Assembly (NCBI GenBank): GCA_030390025.1
Contig: CM059425.1
Location: forward strand, 170,316,001 to 170,380,000
Origin: Squalus acanthias
Taxonomy: Eukaryota
Length of the DNA: 64,000 nt
Reading direction: 5' to 3'
Part shown: positions 63,526 to 64,000 of the stretch, in pieces
Layout of the letters: each line of letters starts with the position of its first letter
Numbering within the stretch: the first letter of the stretch is position 1
Notes under the pieces: model-generated
The model's input: the letters and a program-made list of their open reading frames with translations, nothing else
Told to the model about the DNA's origin: nothing
The model's database searches: none
Position numbers and translations under genes: made by a program

Positions 63526-63881
63526 TCGATCGATGAGTGGTGGTGAATGGGAGACATATCTGGGAGTGGTGGTGCAAGGGAGACATATCTGGGAGTGGTG
63601 GTGCAAATATATCTGGGAGCAGACTTATGGCTGCTGCTGCTCATTTTGCATCCAGGTCCTCTCACAGCAAAGGCCAGGCAGTCTTTGCAGACCTTCAATG
63701 CAGCAGCAATGATGACATCATCAGAGGCGACTTTCAGACTGAAAACACTAATTGGGTCATGGGTTCCCACATGCTGGAACTCAATTGCCCAATTAGGTGA
63801 AAATCGCATTAATCTCCCATATCCAATTGCAGTCGGGTGGATAACACGACCCCAACCCGCCCCAGTATCAAAATCCAGCCC
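63181..63881 (+). mobile_element. MITE, deletion derivative of the element A family (701 bp)
   Basis: TIR GGGCTGGATTTT both ends, TSD ATA; internal (GCTG)n and 28-bp repeats. Confidence 0.95.
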
Positions 63882-64000
63882 ATAGAGTTATACAGCACAG
63901 AAAGAGGCCCTTCGGCCCATCGTGTCCGCGCTGGCCATCAAGCCCTATCTATTCTAATCCCATTTTCCAGCACTTGGTCCGTAGCCTTGTATGCTATGGC
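63882..64000 (-). mobile_element. CR1 LINE 3' end (tail microsatellite extends left to 62294, split by two MITEs)
   Basis: Reverse complement of 10557-10700. Confidence 0.9.

Overview
Repeat-dominated, gene-poor vertebrate DNA, most likely from a cartilaginous fish (inferred from shark-type CR1 and L2 LINEs, Deu-domain SINEs, Penelope remnants and a shark-type C2H2 zinc-finger fragment). No host gene can be named; there are only two candidate small minus-strand exons. Roughly 25 kb is PIF/Harbinger DNA-transposon sequence. This includes two full-length two-gene elements (32659-36922, TSD ATT; 51643-55924, TSD ATG), each with a DDE transposase gene and a convergent three-exon Myb/SANT-like gene, plus several decayed or rearranged copies and MITEs, many nested in CR1 LINEs. 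Four observations stand out. (1) A Ty3/Gypsy element has no TGG-type tRNA primer site; instead it carries an 11-nt perfect complement of its own LTR (a Tf1-like self-priming signature), and the same LTR 11-mer is conserved in a diverged solo LTR 57 kb away. (2) A 5.7-kb G-tract/GATA satellite with ~1.6-kb higher-order repeats appears to have grown inside a Harbinger remnant. (3) The two full-length Harbingers show reciprocal gene damage, including a cryptic E-to-K change in the catalytic triad of the only open transposase ORF. (4) Two MITEs sit in consecutive units of one CR1 tail microsatellite. All calls were made by eye without database searches.
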